DNA of 64,000 nt, taken from contig MGCF01000006.1 of NCBI GenBank assembly GCA_001788495.1, positions 2,106 through 66,105 of the forward strand. The letters run 5' to 3'. Position numbers and translations under genes: made by a program. This DNA is from Candidatus Rokubacteria bacterium RIFCSPLOWO2_02_FULL_73_56 (GTDB lineage Bacteria; Methylomirabilota; Methylomirabilia; Rokubacteriales; CSP1-6). Below the pieces are notes generated by a model that saw nothing but the letters and a program-made list of their open reading frames with translations, was not told the DNA's origin and searched no databases. Shown one piece after another: positions 1 through 8,275 of this stretch. Position 1 is the stretch's first letter. Each line of letters opens with the position of its first letter.

Positions 1-1514
1 CCCGCCGCGGCGAGGCGCGCGCTCAGATGCTCGGAGGCGGCGACCGAGCGGGTGCCGACGAGAATCGGTCGTCCCTGCCCGTGGAGCGCGGCGATGCGCT
101 CCACCACCGCCCCCCACCTCGCCTCCGCGTCCCGATACACTCGGTCGGCATGCCGCCGCCGGCGGAGAGGCCGGTTGGTCGGGATGGACACGACCGGCAG
201 CCGATAGACCGACCAGAGCTCGGCCGCGGTCTCACGCGCGGTCCCGGTCATGCCGCACAGCATGAGATAGCGCCGGAAGAAGCGCTGGTAGCTGATGCGC
301 GTGAGCGCGTCGTGGCGCGCGCTGAGGGGGCATTCCTCCTTGACCTCGATGAGCTGGTGCAGCCCATGCTCCCACGAGCGGTCCGACATGAGACGCCCGG
401 TGTACTCGTCGATGATCTGCACCTTCCGGTCGCGCACGATGTAGTGCAGATCGCGGTGGAACAGGTGCAGCGCCGTGAGGGCCTTGGTGACCAGCTCCTC
501 CCGCCGGCGGCGGCCGGTCCACACGCCGCCGAGCGGCGGCGCGTTCTCGTCGAGCCGAAGCATGCCCGACTCGGTCAGCCGTGCCGCACGATCCTGCTCG
601 TCGATCGCGAAGTCGAGGCCGGGCGTCAGTCGTGACGCCAGGGCGAGTGCCGTCGAATAGAGGCGGCGCTCGCTCGCGGCGCCGGCGGCGCCGCCGCCGG
701 AAATGATCAACGGCGTGCGCGCCTCGTCGATCAGCACGCTGTCGGCCTCGTCGACGATCGCGTAGCTGAGCCCGCGCAGCACCAGCCGGCCGGCGCGGGC
801 GTCGTCGCCCGCGAGGCGCTCGAGCTGGAGCAGGGTGCGGCTGGCACGCGGTCCCAGAGCCAGCCGGTCTCGCAGGTAGTCGAACGCCACTTCCTTGTTC
901 GTGACGTAGGTGACGTCGGACGCGTAGGCGGCGCGCCGGTCCGCATGCTCCATCCCGTGGACCACGACACCGACCGTGAGCCCGAGCCCCCGATAGACCG
1001 GGCCCATCCACTCGGCGTCCCGGCGCGCCAGGTAGTCGTTGACCGTGATGACGTGGACCGGAATGCCGGCGAGCGCCGCCGTGCACGCGGCGAGCGTCGC
1101 GGTCAGCGTCTTGCCCTCGCCGGTTTCCATCTCCGCGACCATGCCGCCGAGCAGCACGCGTCCACCGACCAGCTGGACGTCGAAGTGACGCTCTCCCAGG
1201 GTCCGTTCGGCGACCTCCCGCACGAGGGCGAAGGCGCGGGCGACGAGATCGTCGACGAACCGGCGCGCGCGGAGCTCTCGACCGAGCCGCTGGGCCGCCG
1301 CGAGGATCGCGTCCTCGCCGAGCGTCGCGATCCCGCCGCCGTGCCGGTCGACGAGCGCGGAGAACCGCATCCAGCGTGCCCTGCGCACCGCTCGGTGACG
1401 CAGCAGGGGCGCCACGGCCCGAGCGGCAAGACGATCGAGGGCCCCAGGCGGACGCTCGCTACGCTCCGGATAGGCGCCGAGCGGGACCTCGGGGTGGACC
1501 GCGAGCCTAGACAT
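1..1514 (-). CDS. SecA-family preprotein translocase ATPase paralogue (divergent, possibly accessory SecA2-like). 5' partial within the window; the gene continues past coordinate 1.
   Basis: Reverse-strand translation from the ATG at 1512-1514 gives 'MSRLAVHPEV...ERHFDVQLVGGRVLLGGMVAEMETGEGKTLTATLAACTAALAG...VTNKEVAFDYLRDRLA...YAIVDEADSVLIDEARTPLIISG...LCGMTGTA...VVSIPTNRP...GRPILVGTRS', i.e. SecA Walker A, DEAD-box and preprotein cross-linking motifs. There is no stop before the window edge, so the ORF tool did not list it. Its ATG overlaps the TAG of the upstream M50-HlyD gene (ATGTCTAG). Confidence 0.8.
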   Translation of the reverse strand, partial: MSRLAVHPEVPLGAYPERSERPPGALDRLAARAVAPLLRHRAVRRARWMRFSALVDRHGGGIATLGEDAILAAAQRLGRELRARRFVDDLVARAFALVREVAERTLGERHFDVQLVGGRVLLGGMVAEMETGEGKTLTATLAACTAALAGIPVHVITVNDYLARRDAEWMGPVYRGLGLTVGVVVHGMEHADRRAAYASDVTYVTNKEVAFDYLRDRLALGPRASRTLLQLERLAGDDARAGRLVLRGLSYAIVDEADSVLIDEARTPLIISGGGAAGAASERRLYSTALALASRLTPGLDFAIDEQDRAARLTESGMLRLDENAPPLGGVWTGRRRREELVTKALTALHLFHRDLHYIVRDRKVQIIDEYTGRLMSDRSWEHGLHQLIEVKEECPLSARHDALTRISYQRFFRRYLMLCGMTGTARETAAELWSVYRLPVVSIPTNRPLRRRRHADRVYRDAEARWGAVVERIAALHGQGRPILVGTRSVAASEHLSARLAAA

Positions 1515-3654
1515 TGAAGCGCGAGAGGAAGAGCTGCCGGACCGTCCGGTACCACTGCAGGGCGAGCGGTCTCGAGCCGTGGTCGAAGCGCACGTACGCG
1601 CGGCCGCCGACGTTGAGCCGGAGGGACCGAGCCGCAAGCTCGACGTCCACCTGAAAGACCTTCTGGGTCGCCGTGACCCCCTTCGGGTCCCGCGGATCGA
1701 CGACGATCTGTCCTCCGCCAGCGCTGCCGAGCGCCGTCGTCGGCAGCCGCTCGCTCGCGGCCGGCACGATCCGGCGGAGCGTGGCGGGAACCGTGTCGGC
1801 GAGGCTCTCGGCGAGGCGCACCTCCAGCCCCACGGTATGGAAGCGGACCAGATCGATCGCGCCCTGGGGCACGGCGGCCCGGATCGTGACCGTGGCGAGC
1901 TCGACCACGTAGGCCAGCTGCTCGCCCTTCTTGACGAAGCGACCCGGCAGGTCCTCCGGCGTCGGCACGATGAACGCGCCCGCCGTGCCGCTGCGAACCG
2001 TCAGGGCCTCGACGCGCTCCAGCGCCTGGCCCAGATCTTGCCGCGCGTACCGCAGATCCTTCTCGATGATCTCGGCCTTCACCCGATCCACCGGGCGCTG
2101 CTCGTCGTAGCGCGCCTGGAGCTCGCGGACGCGCGCCCTGAGCATCGCCACACGGACGCCCAGATCGGAATCCCTGAGCACGATCAGCGCGTCGCCTTGC
2201 CGCACCCGGGAGCCCGACGACGCGACGAACCGCTCGACGAACCCGTCGGTGCCGGCCCGGACGAGCGACTCCTCCGGAATCCAGACCACACCCTCGACGA
2301 CGCTGCGATACGGGACCGGCGCCAGCGTCACCACGCCGACGGCGGCCGCGACGGCCGCGCCCGCGACGGCGAGCGCCCGCGCGCGGTGCTTGCGGAGGCG
2401 CGGACTCGCGAAGAGAAACCGCGCCCCCTTGCCGATCGGAACGCCGATCCAGCCGACGGCCGTCAGGCCCGCGAAGAACATCGCCAGCCAGAAGTACCGG
2501 TCGGCGATGAAGGCGATGATGGCGATCACCACGAGCACCCGGTAGGCGAAGGAGGCCGCCGCGTAGGCCACGAACCACGCACGCTCGCCGGCCGTGGCCA
2601 CGGCCAGCTCGGCCTCACGCTGCCCGAACAGGTAGCGTTCGCAGAGATACCCGAGGTACTTGTTGGACCGCTGCCGCAGGTTCGGAATCTCCAGGAGGTC
2701 GCCCAGGATGTAGTAGCCGTCGTACCGCAGCAACGGGTTTGCGTTGAAGAAGATCGTGGTGACCCCCGCGATCAGGATCACGTTGTAGGTGATCACGCGG
2801 AGCAGCCCGGCCTCGACGCTCAGCCAGACGTAGAGGGCCAGGGCCGCGAGGAACAACTCCACGGTCATCCCCGCGGCGCCGACGGCGATGCGCCGCCACT
2901 TGCTGCGGAACGCCGAGGCCGACGAGGCGTCCACGTACGGCACGGGCGTCATCACGAGGACCATGACGCCCATGTCGTGGACCTCACCACCGAATGCCTT
3001 CGTCGTGTAGGCGTGACCGAGCTCGTGCAGCGCCTTGATCAGGGGGAAGAGCAGCCAGATCGTGAACAGGGCCTGCATGGAGAACAGGCGATCGAGGGTG
3101 TCCCGGGTCAGGTCCGTCCAGTACACGCCGGCGAGGACGAGTGCCGGGAGGACGACCAGGACCCAGGCGACCGCCCCCGCCGGGCCGACGAGGGGTCTGA
3201 CGAGCGGGACCGTCGCTGCGAGGAACCGCTCGGGGTCGAGCAGCCGCATGCGCCACGAGAAGAAGCTGGAGACCCGGCCGAGCCACCTCCTCCGCTGCTG
3301 GCGTTCGTACCGCTCCAGCAGGTCCGCCGCGTCGGGCGGGACATCGGACTGGAGCACGTCGCTCGCGTGGAGCTGGCTCAGGAGCTGGATGACGTCCTCC
3401 TGGGTCGGGCCGTCGTCGCCCAGGCGCTCGCAGGCCGTTTCCCAGAGCTCCTGAACCGTGCGCCGGCCATCCATGAGCCCGATCACCAGATACGCCTGCG
3501 GGGTGAAGCGGTGAAAGCGCTGGCCGGCGCGGTCCTCCAGCACGTACCACGTCTTGCCGCGGTACCGGTGGCGGTGGATGTGCGCGTGACTCCTGAGCCG
3601 CGGCTGGAGCTCGGCGACCCGGTACCAGGAGCTGCTGAAGAGCGGTTGCGTCAC
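1507..3654 (-). CDS. Tri-domain membrane protein: N-terminal PqqD-like peptide-binding (RRE) domain, peptidase M50 (site-2 protease, HExxH) and C-terminal HlyD-family periplasmic adaptor.
   Basis: N-terminal 'RFTPQAYLVIGLMDGRRTVQELWETACERLGDDGPTQEDVIQLLSQLHASDVL' matches the PqqD/RRE pattern. Multi-TM core with 'LIKALHELGHAYTTKAFGGEVHDMG' (HExxH) and 'NPLLRYDGYYILGDLLEIPNL' is typical of M50. The C-terminal coiled-coil plus beta-barrel ('RYARQDLGQALERVEALTVRSGTAGAFIVPTPEDLPGRFVKKGEQLAYV') is HlyD-like. Start taken as the GTG at 3652-3654 immediately after the upstream gene stop; an internal ATG start is possible. Confidence 0.7.
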   Translation of the reverse strand: MTQPLFSSSWYRVAELQPRLRSHAHIHRHRYRGKTWYVLEDRAGQRFHRFTPQAYLVIGLMDGRRTVQELWETACERLGDDGPTQEDVIQLLSQLHASDVLQSDVPPDAADLLERYERQQRRRWLGRVSSFFSWRMRLLDPERFLAATVPLVRPLVGPAGAVAWVLVVLPALVLAGVYWTDLTRDTLDRLFSMQALFTIWLLFPLIKALHELGHAYTTKAFGGEVHDMGVMVLVMTPVPYVDASSASAFRSKWRRIAVGAAGMTVELFLAALALYVWLSVEAGLLRVITYNVILIAGVTTIFFNANPLLRYDGYYILGDLLEIPNLRQRSNKYLGYLCERYLFGQREAELAVATAGERAWFVAYAAASFAYRVLVVIAIIAFIADRYFWLAMFFAGLTAVGWIGVPIGKGARFLFASPRLRKHRARALAVAGAAVAAAVGVVTLAPVPYRSVVEGVVWIPEESLVRAGTDGFVERFVASSGSRVRQGDALIVLRDSDLGVRVAMLRARVRELQARYDEQRPVDRVKAEIIEKDLRYARQDLGQALERVEALTVRSGTAGAFIVPTPEDLPGRFVKKGEQLAYVVELATVTIRAAVPQGAIDLVRFHTVGLEVRLAESLADTVPATLRRIVPAASERLPTTALGSAGGGQIVVDPRDPKGVTATQKVFQVDVELAARSLRLNVGGRAYVRFDHGSRPLALQWYRTVRQLFLSRFNV

Positions 3655-3659
3655 GGGCG

Positions 3660-5417
3660 CTACGGGAGCCAGGCCCAGAGCTTCAGCCGGAGCCAGTCGG
3701 CGGCCTGGCGTGTCCAGATCCAGACGAGCAGGTGCCGCCCGGACACGATCTTGCCGACCCCCTCCATGCCGGGCCGGAGACGCTGCGGCGCCCGATCGAG
3801 TCTCGCCTCCACGCGGAAAGAATTGCGCCCGTCGCGGGCCGTCGAGACGGGCGTGATCTTCGTCACCGTGAACGGCAGCGCGTCCGATGGCCAGGCAGTC
3901 AGGAGGAGCTGGCCTCGCTGGCCCACGGCGATGTCGGCGATGTCGCGCTCGTCGACCTCGAGCACCGTGCGGTAGCCGGCCAGCGGCGCGACCTCGAAGA
4001 GGGTCTGGCCCCGCTCGATCGGGGCGCCGAGCGACTGGCTCAGGTCTCCGGTCACGACGACGCCGTCGAACGGCGCCACGACGTGGGTGCGGGACAGATG
4101 ATCGTCGGTCAGGGCGAGCTGCGCCCGCGCCTGGTCGGCCTGGGCGCTCGCGATCTGGAGCGCGGCGGCGTCCCCCTTGGCACGGGCCTGGTCCCGCTGG
4201 CGGCTCAGCTGCTCGAGCTGGCCCTGCCACCTCGCCCGTTCGAGCCTGAGCTCGCGGTCGTCGAGCACCGCGAGCACCTGCCCCTCACGGACGGCGTCGC
4301 CGGCGCGGACCGGCGCGTCCTTCAGATAGCCGCTGAACGGGGCGACCGCGGCGATGCGCGTGCTCGGCTCCATCACGCTCCGGGCCGACACGCGGTAGTC
4401 CCCCTCGGCCAGCGCCAGGAACAGGCCCAGGGCCGTGAGCCCCGCCACGGTGAGCTTGAGTGCGGTATGCCGCGGACCGATGAGATGGCCGAGGTGGCGC
4501 AGTCCCACCTGGACCGCCTTCTCGATCAGCCAGCGATCGTCCCGGCGCTGCACCTCCAGCACGGGACCCGCGACGGCCGCGAGCGCCTCGCAGAACTCCA
4601 CCGTCGCCCGATCGAACGGCCGGTCGGCCCCCCGCTCCAGGGTCAGCGCGCCGACCACACGCGCCCCCTCCGCGAAGAGGACCGTGCAGATCGCCCCGGC
4701 GTTGGACTGCCGCGCCAGGTCGGCGTGGGCCCCGGTCACGCGCGCCTCGGCCCCCGGCGGTTCCGGGTAGACCACCGTCGCGCGCTGGTCCAGGGCCTCG
4801 TCCATCGCGGCGCCGATCGCGCGGATCAGATTCGTCTGCTTGGCGAAGTTCGCCGTGTGGGAGACGGCCCGCGGGTGCATCCGGCCGCGCTTGAGGAAGC
4901 CGACGCTCACCCGGTCGCAGCCCAGACGCGTGGCCAGAGTCGTGACGAAGGTCGTCGCCGCGCCGTAGAACCGCTCGTGGCCGAGGCTGCTCGTGACCAG
5001 CTCGAGGACCGTCTGCAGCCGCTGCTTCGACGCCTCGACGCTCCCCGGATCGAGCTGCGCGGCGCCGAGGCGGTGCACCAGCACCTCGAGCCAGCCGGCG
5101 CCCCACTGGAGCTGGCGCAGGACCCCTTCCAGCTCCGCCTGGGGCCGGGGTGCGATGTCGAGCGCGACGACGCCGTGCACCCGCCCGTTCGCCTGGATCG
5201 GATACGCGACGTCGTAGCGCTCACGGTCCCGCACCGACGCGTCCGTACCTGCCTCGCGCTTCAGGACGATACCGCGCCGCTCGGCGAGCGCACGCTCCGC
5301 GGCCTCGGCCAGATGCGCCGCGGCGCGAGAGCCTTCCGGCCAGAAGGCCGCCGGAGCGAACTTGCCCGTGGTCGGAGAGGCGGCGACGACGACGCCCCGG
5401 CCGACGCCCGGGATCAT
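3660..5417 (-). CDS. GAF-domain-containing HlyD-family membrane-fusion (periplasmic adaptor) protein. The true N-terminus probably extends upstream (see the in-frame TAA finding).
   Basis: N-terminal 200 aa have GAF-like composition, followed by one TM helix ('LKLTVAGLTALGLFLALA'), then HlyD-like biotinyl/lipoyl, coiled-coil and beta-barrel segments ('APFSGYLKDAPVRAGDAVREGQVLAVLDDRELRLERARWQGQLEQL...VVAPFDGVVVTGDLSQSLGAPIERGQTLFEVAP'). The 53 codons between 5417 and 5577 are open, protein-like and in the same frame. Confidence 0.7.
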   Translation of the reverse strand: MIPGVGRGVVVAASPTTGKFAPAAFWPEGSRAAAHLAEAAERALAERRGIVLKREAGTDASVRDRERYDVAYPIQANGRVHGVVALDIAPRPQAELEGVLRQLQWGAGWLEVLVHRLGAAQLDPGSVEASKQRLQTVLELVTSSLGHERFYGAATTFVTTLATRLGCDRVSVGFLKRGRMHPRAVSHTANFAKQTNLIRAIGAAMDEALDQRATVVYPEPPGAEARVTGAHADLARQSNAGAICTVLFAEGARVVGALTLERGADRPFDRATVEFCEALAAVAGPVLEVQRRDDRWLIEKAVQVGLRHLGHLIGPRHTALKLTVAGLTALGLFLALAEGDYRVSARSVMEPSTRIAAVAPFSGYLKDAPVRAGDAVREGQVLAVLDDRELRLERARWQGQLEQLSRQRDQARAKGDAAALQIASAQADQARAQLALTDDHLSRTHVVAPFDGVVVTGDLSQSLGAPIERGQTLFEVAPLAGYRTVLEVDERDIADIAVGQRGQLLLTAWPSDALPFTVTKITPVSTARDGRNSFRVEARLDRAPQRLRPGMEGVGKIVSGRHLLVWIWTRQAADWLRLKLWAWLP

Positions 5418-5576
5418 CCCGCACTGGAGACCGAGCCAGTTCCGGTAGAAGGCCTCCGGCGTCGCCGCCTCGGCGAACTCGCGCCAGAGGGCGTCGAAGG
5501 AAGGCTCCCTGGGGCCGACGCCGCTCAGCGGCGGCGGCGGCGTGATCGGACGGTGGACCTCGACCAGGGCCGGCTC

Positions 5577-5915
5577 TTACGACGCCGCCGGCGCGTCGGC
5601 CTGCGCTCCCTCGACCTGGACGGCGCCAAACCGGGCTTCATGTTCCCGCAACACGTTGGCCAGGAGCGTCGACAGCCGCTTGGCGACGAACGGGTTGAGG
5701 ATGAGTCGGTCGGTGAGCTGCACCGTCACGTCCTTCTGCCCGGCGTGCCACGCCTGGTTGATGCCGAAGAGCAGGACGACCTCCTCGCGCGTGCTCGCGA
5801 CGTTGCAGACGTTCGAGTACGAGCTCTTCATCCGGGAATCGTCCCACTTGATGGTGAGCTGCTGGGCCGTGCGCTCGGGCCCGGCCACAGCTTCGCGTTC
5901 ACGCTCGTCCGCCAT
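5577..5915 (-). CDS. DUF3467-like small protein (copy 1), 112 aa.
   Basis: 'MADEREREAVAGPERTAQQLTIKWDDSRMKSSYSNVCNVASTREEVVLLFGINQAWHAGQKDVTVQLTDRLILNPFVAKRLSTLLANVLREHEARFGAV...' carries the YSN / EFV.L.FG / R.IL.P..AKRL / YE..FG signature I associate with DUF3467. It is in the same frame as the downstream GAF-HlyD gene, separated by one TAA. Confidence 0.65.
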   Translation of the reverse strand: MADEREREAVAGPERTAQQLTIKWDDSRMKSSYSNVCNVASTREEVVLLFGINQAWHAGQKDVTVQLTDRLILNPFVAKRLSTLLANVLREHEARFGAVQVEGAQADAPAAS

Positions 5916-5944
5916 ACCGTCTCCTCTCCTCCGCGCAGCGGGTC

Positions 5945-6892
5945 TCAGCTCGATGGGGTCCGGGTCAGTATGCCCGGCGGCCGCGGAGCCTCGGCCGCTC
6001 GAATGGGCACGAGCTCCGCGGCGTGCCACCCGTACCTCGCCGCGTAGGCCGCGTTGAGCCCCAGGCACCGCGTCGAGCTGCACGCCTCGCGATGCACGCA
6101 CTGGTAGAAGCCGTTGCGCCGGAACTCGGTCCAGAAGGCGGGGTCGATGAACAGCCGCGGCTGCGAGTTGTCGAGCGTGTCCCCGTCCTCGCCCAGCAGG
6201 CAGTGCGGAAAATTCTTGACCATGACGCCACGGTCGAGCGCGTGGCATCTGGCGATCGCCGTCCTCAGGAAGGGGAGCACCTCGAGGTGGGATGCGCCCA
6301 GCTCCTTGACGTCCTGCTCGTTCATGGCGAAGTAGACCCAGAACTCGTGCTGGACCATCCGCCGCAGGTGTCCGAGCCGGTCGACGAGCCGGGGCAGATG
6401 CCGGTAGCTCTTCACCGTGACGACGGTGTTCGTGAGGGTCGCGACGCCCGGCAGCGCGTCCAGGTTCTCCAGGCCCCGGAGGGTCTTGTCGAACGATCCC
6501 GGCACTGTCGTGATCGCGTCGTGCGTCTCGGCGTCCGCGGCGGTGACGCTCACGAAGAACTCGTCGACTCCCGCGTCGACCAGCTCTCGGCAGTAGGCCT
6601 CGCTCGCCAGGCGCATCCCGTGCGTCTGGATCCGCACGTGCTCGAAGCCCCTCCGCCGCGCCTGTCTGGCCAGCTCCGGCAGGTCACGCCGCAGCGTGAT
6701 CTCCGCCCCGGTGAGGATCAGACCCGTCCACCGTCGGTGCGTCGCGTTGTAGTCCAGGAGCTGCTCGAACCGGCTGAGCGACTCCGGCTCCAGCCGGTCC
6801 ATGGTGTCCTCGATCATGCAGTGGACGCAGGCCAGATTGCAGCGGAACTCCAGCGTCATCGACACGTAGCGATCGTCGTCAAACCGTCCCAC
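5945..6892 (-). CDS. Radical SAM enzyme with a C-terminal auxiliary Cys cluster (SPASM/twitch-like), a putative peptide- or protein-modifying maturase.
   Basis: 'RCNLACVHCMIED' is the CX3CX2C 4Fe-4S/SAM motif at residues 18-25. The C-terminal 'HCLLGEDGD...YQCVHREACSSTRCLGLN' Cys cluster suggests a second Fe-S site. Length 315 aa. Confidence 0.75.
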   Translation of the reverse strand: MGRFDDDRYVSMTLEFRCNLACVHCMIEDTMDRLEPESLSRFEQLLDYNATHRRWTGLILTGAEITLRRDLPELARQARRRGFEHVRIQTHGMRLASEAYCRELVDAGVDEFFVSVTAADAETHDAITTVPGSFDKTLRGLENLDALPGVATLTNTVVTVKSYRHLPRLVDRLGHLRRMVQHEFWVYFAMNEQDVKELGASHLEVLPFLRTAIARCHALDRGVMVKNFPHCLLGEDGDTLDNSQPRLFIDPAFWTEFRRNGFYQCVHREACSSTRCLGLNAAYAARYGWHAAELVPIRAAEAPRPPGILTRTPSS

Positions 6893-7235
6893 GGGGCTTC
6901 CCTTCCCTCTCGGCTCGAGTCGCCGGGGACCCTGCGCCCTCGAACCGCGCCTCGTACTCCGCGACCACCCGGCCGAGCAGCACGGCGAGCCGCTTCGCGA
7001 CCGGCGGACTCAGCACGATCCGCTGGCCGAGATCGACGACGAGCTCCTGGCGGTCGGTCCGCGAGGCGCGGCTCACGCCGAACGACAGGACGAACTCCGC
7101 GTCGCTGGTCGATACGTTGCACTGGTTCGCGTGCATCCGCCTGGCGCTCGCGTCGTCCCAGCGGACCCGGGCGGCGCCCGAGCTCACGGCTTCGTCCCCG
7201 TGACCAGGAAGAACGGCGTCTCGAGGTCGATCCAC
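6879..7235 (-). CDS. DUF3467-like small protein (copy 2), 118 aa.
   Basis: 'VRWDDASARRMHANQCNVSTSDAEFVLSFGVSRASRTDRQELVVDLGQRIVLSPPVAKRLAVLLGRVVAEYEARFEG' is paralogous to copies 1, 3 and 4. It overlaps the rSAM start by 14 nt and the O-MT stop by about 50 nt. Confidence 0.6.
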   Translation of the reverse strand: MDRPRDAVLPGHGDEAVSSGAARVRWDDASARRMHANQCNVSTSDAEFVLSFGVSRASRTDRQELVVDLGQRIVLSPPVAKRLAVLLGRVVAEYEARFEGAGSPATRAEREGKPRGTV

Positions 7236-8275
7236 CGGACGTCGACGCCGCGGAACCCGAGTGCGCCGAGCTGATCAACGTACGCCGCCGGCGAGCGAAA
7301 CGAGCGGAAGAACAGCAGCAGCGGGATCATCGCGTATGACGGCGCGCCGGTCGCGACCGGTCCCCGCTCGAAGATGAGGAGCGTTCCCCCGGGCTTCAGC
7401 GCCTCGCTCGCCCGGACGAGCAGACGCCTCGCGTCCCGCTCCGGCCAGTCGTGCAGCATGGACTTGAACGATACCAGATCGCGCCCGCCGGGCAGCGGAT
7501 CGGTCAGCGCGTTCCCCCGGACGAAGTCGATCCGCGCGCCTTCGGGCTCGCGCTCCACGTGTGCGCGGCCGATGTCGCACACCACGGGCAGGTCGAACAC
7601 CGTCGCCGTGACCGCCGGGTACCTCCGACAGATCCGGAGCGCGAATTCCCCGCTGTTGCCGCCGACGTCCAGGACCCGCTCGTGGCCCCCGAAGTCGTGA
7701 TGCTGCAGGCACACCCCGGCCTCGTACTTCGTGAGACACGTGGTGATGCGCATCCACCGTCGGGTCGCCTCGTAGTCCTCGGCGCTCGCCCCGAGCGCCC
7801 GGTCGTAGGAGAACAAGCGAAAGGTGCGGGCCTGACGCCGGAACGTCTCGGGGTCCCGGATCGCCGCCGTGAACAGGTCCGTGAAGTCCGGCAGCACCAG
7901 CGCGGCGTACTCGAGCTTCGTCTCGAGCAGGTCACGGAAGCGGAGGGCCCTCCGGAAGTCCTCGCTCAGCGCGACGCCTCGCGGCCGTTCCTCGACGACG
8001 CGGTTCGTCCGGAGCAGGTCCAGCAGCAGCCGCAGGCCGCGGCCGTCGCCCGGGAACCCCGTCGCGAGATCCGCGACGGCCATGGCCTCGTGGGCAGCCA
8101 GCCGGTCGATCACCCGGAGCTCGAACGCCGTCTTCAACGCCCGTGCGTCGATCAGGGTCGTGAGAAAGCCGTCGACACAGAGGTACTCCCGCTCGTCTGT
8201 GGGCTCCATGGACGCCGCCGGCGGCGGGCCCACCGCGAGGCCCCGAGCGCGGTCGGTCACGTCAAAAGACTCCAT
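7184..8275 (-). CDS. Class I SAM-dependent O-methyltransferase (plant-type OMT fold, dimerisation domain plus MT domain).
   Basis: 'ERVLDVGGNSGEFA' is SAM-binding motif I, and the C-terminus is OMT-like. Start taken as the ATG at 8275 ('MESFDVTDR'), which overlaps the upstream gene by 14 nt; the ATG at 8209 ('MEPTDEREY') is an alternative. Confidence 0.7.
   Translation of the reverse strand: MESFDVTDRARGLAVGPPPAASMEPTDEREYLCVDGFLTTLIDARALKTAFELRVIDRLAAHEAMAVADLATGFPGDGRGLRLLLDLLRTNRVVEERPRGVALSEDFRRALRFRDLLETKLEYAALVLPDFTDLFTAAIRDPETFRRQARTFRLFSYDRALGASAEDYEATRRWMRITTCLTKYEAGVCLQHHDFGGHERVLDVGGNSGEFALRICRRYPAVTATVFDLPVVCDIGRAHVEREPEGARIDFVRGNALTDPLPGGRDLVSFKSMLHDWPERDARRLLVRASEALKPGGTLLIFERGPVATGAPSYAMIPLLLFFRSFRSPAAYVDQLGALGFRGVDVRWIDLETPFFLVTGTKP

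Noticed and set aside
27-1517. Plus-strand ORFs 27..635 and 945..1517
   Set aside because: They lie antisense to the clearly recognisable SecA paralogue (Walker A, DEAD motifs) on the minus strand.
1579-3975. 798-aa plus-strand ORF, and the 1103..2578 (-) and 232..1086 (-) Arg-rich ORFs
   Set aside because: Alternative frames or antisense of the M50-HlyD and SecA-paralogue genes. They have extreme Arg/Pro/Gly composition and no domain signatures.
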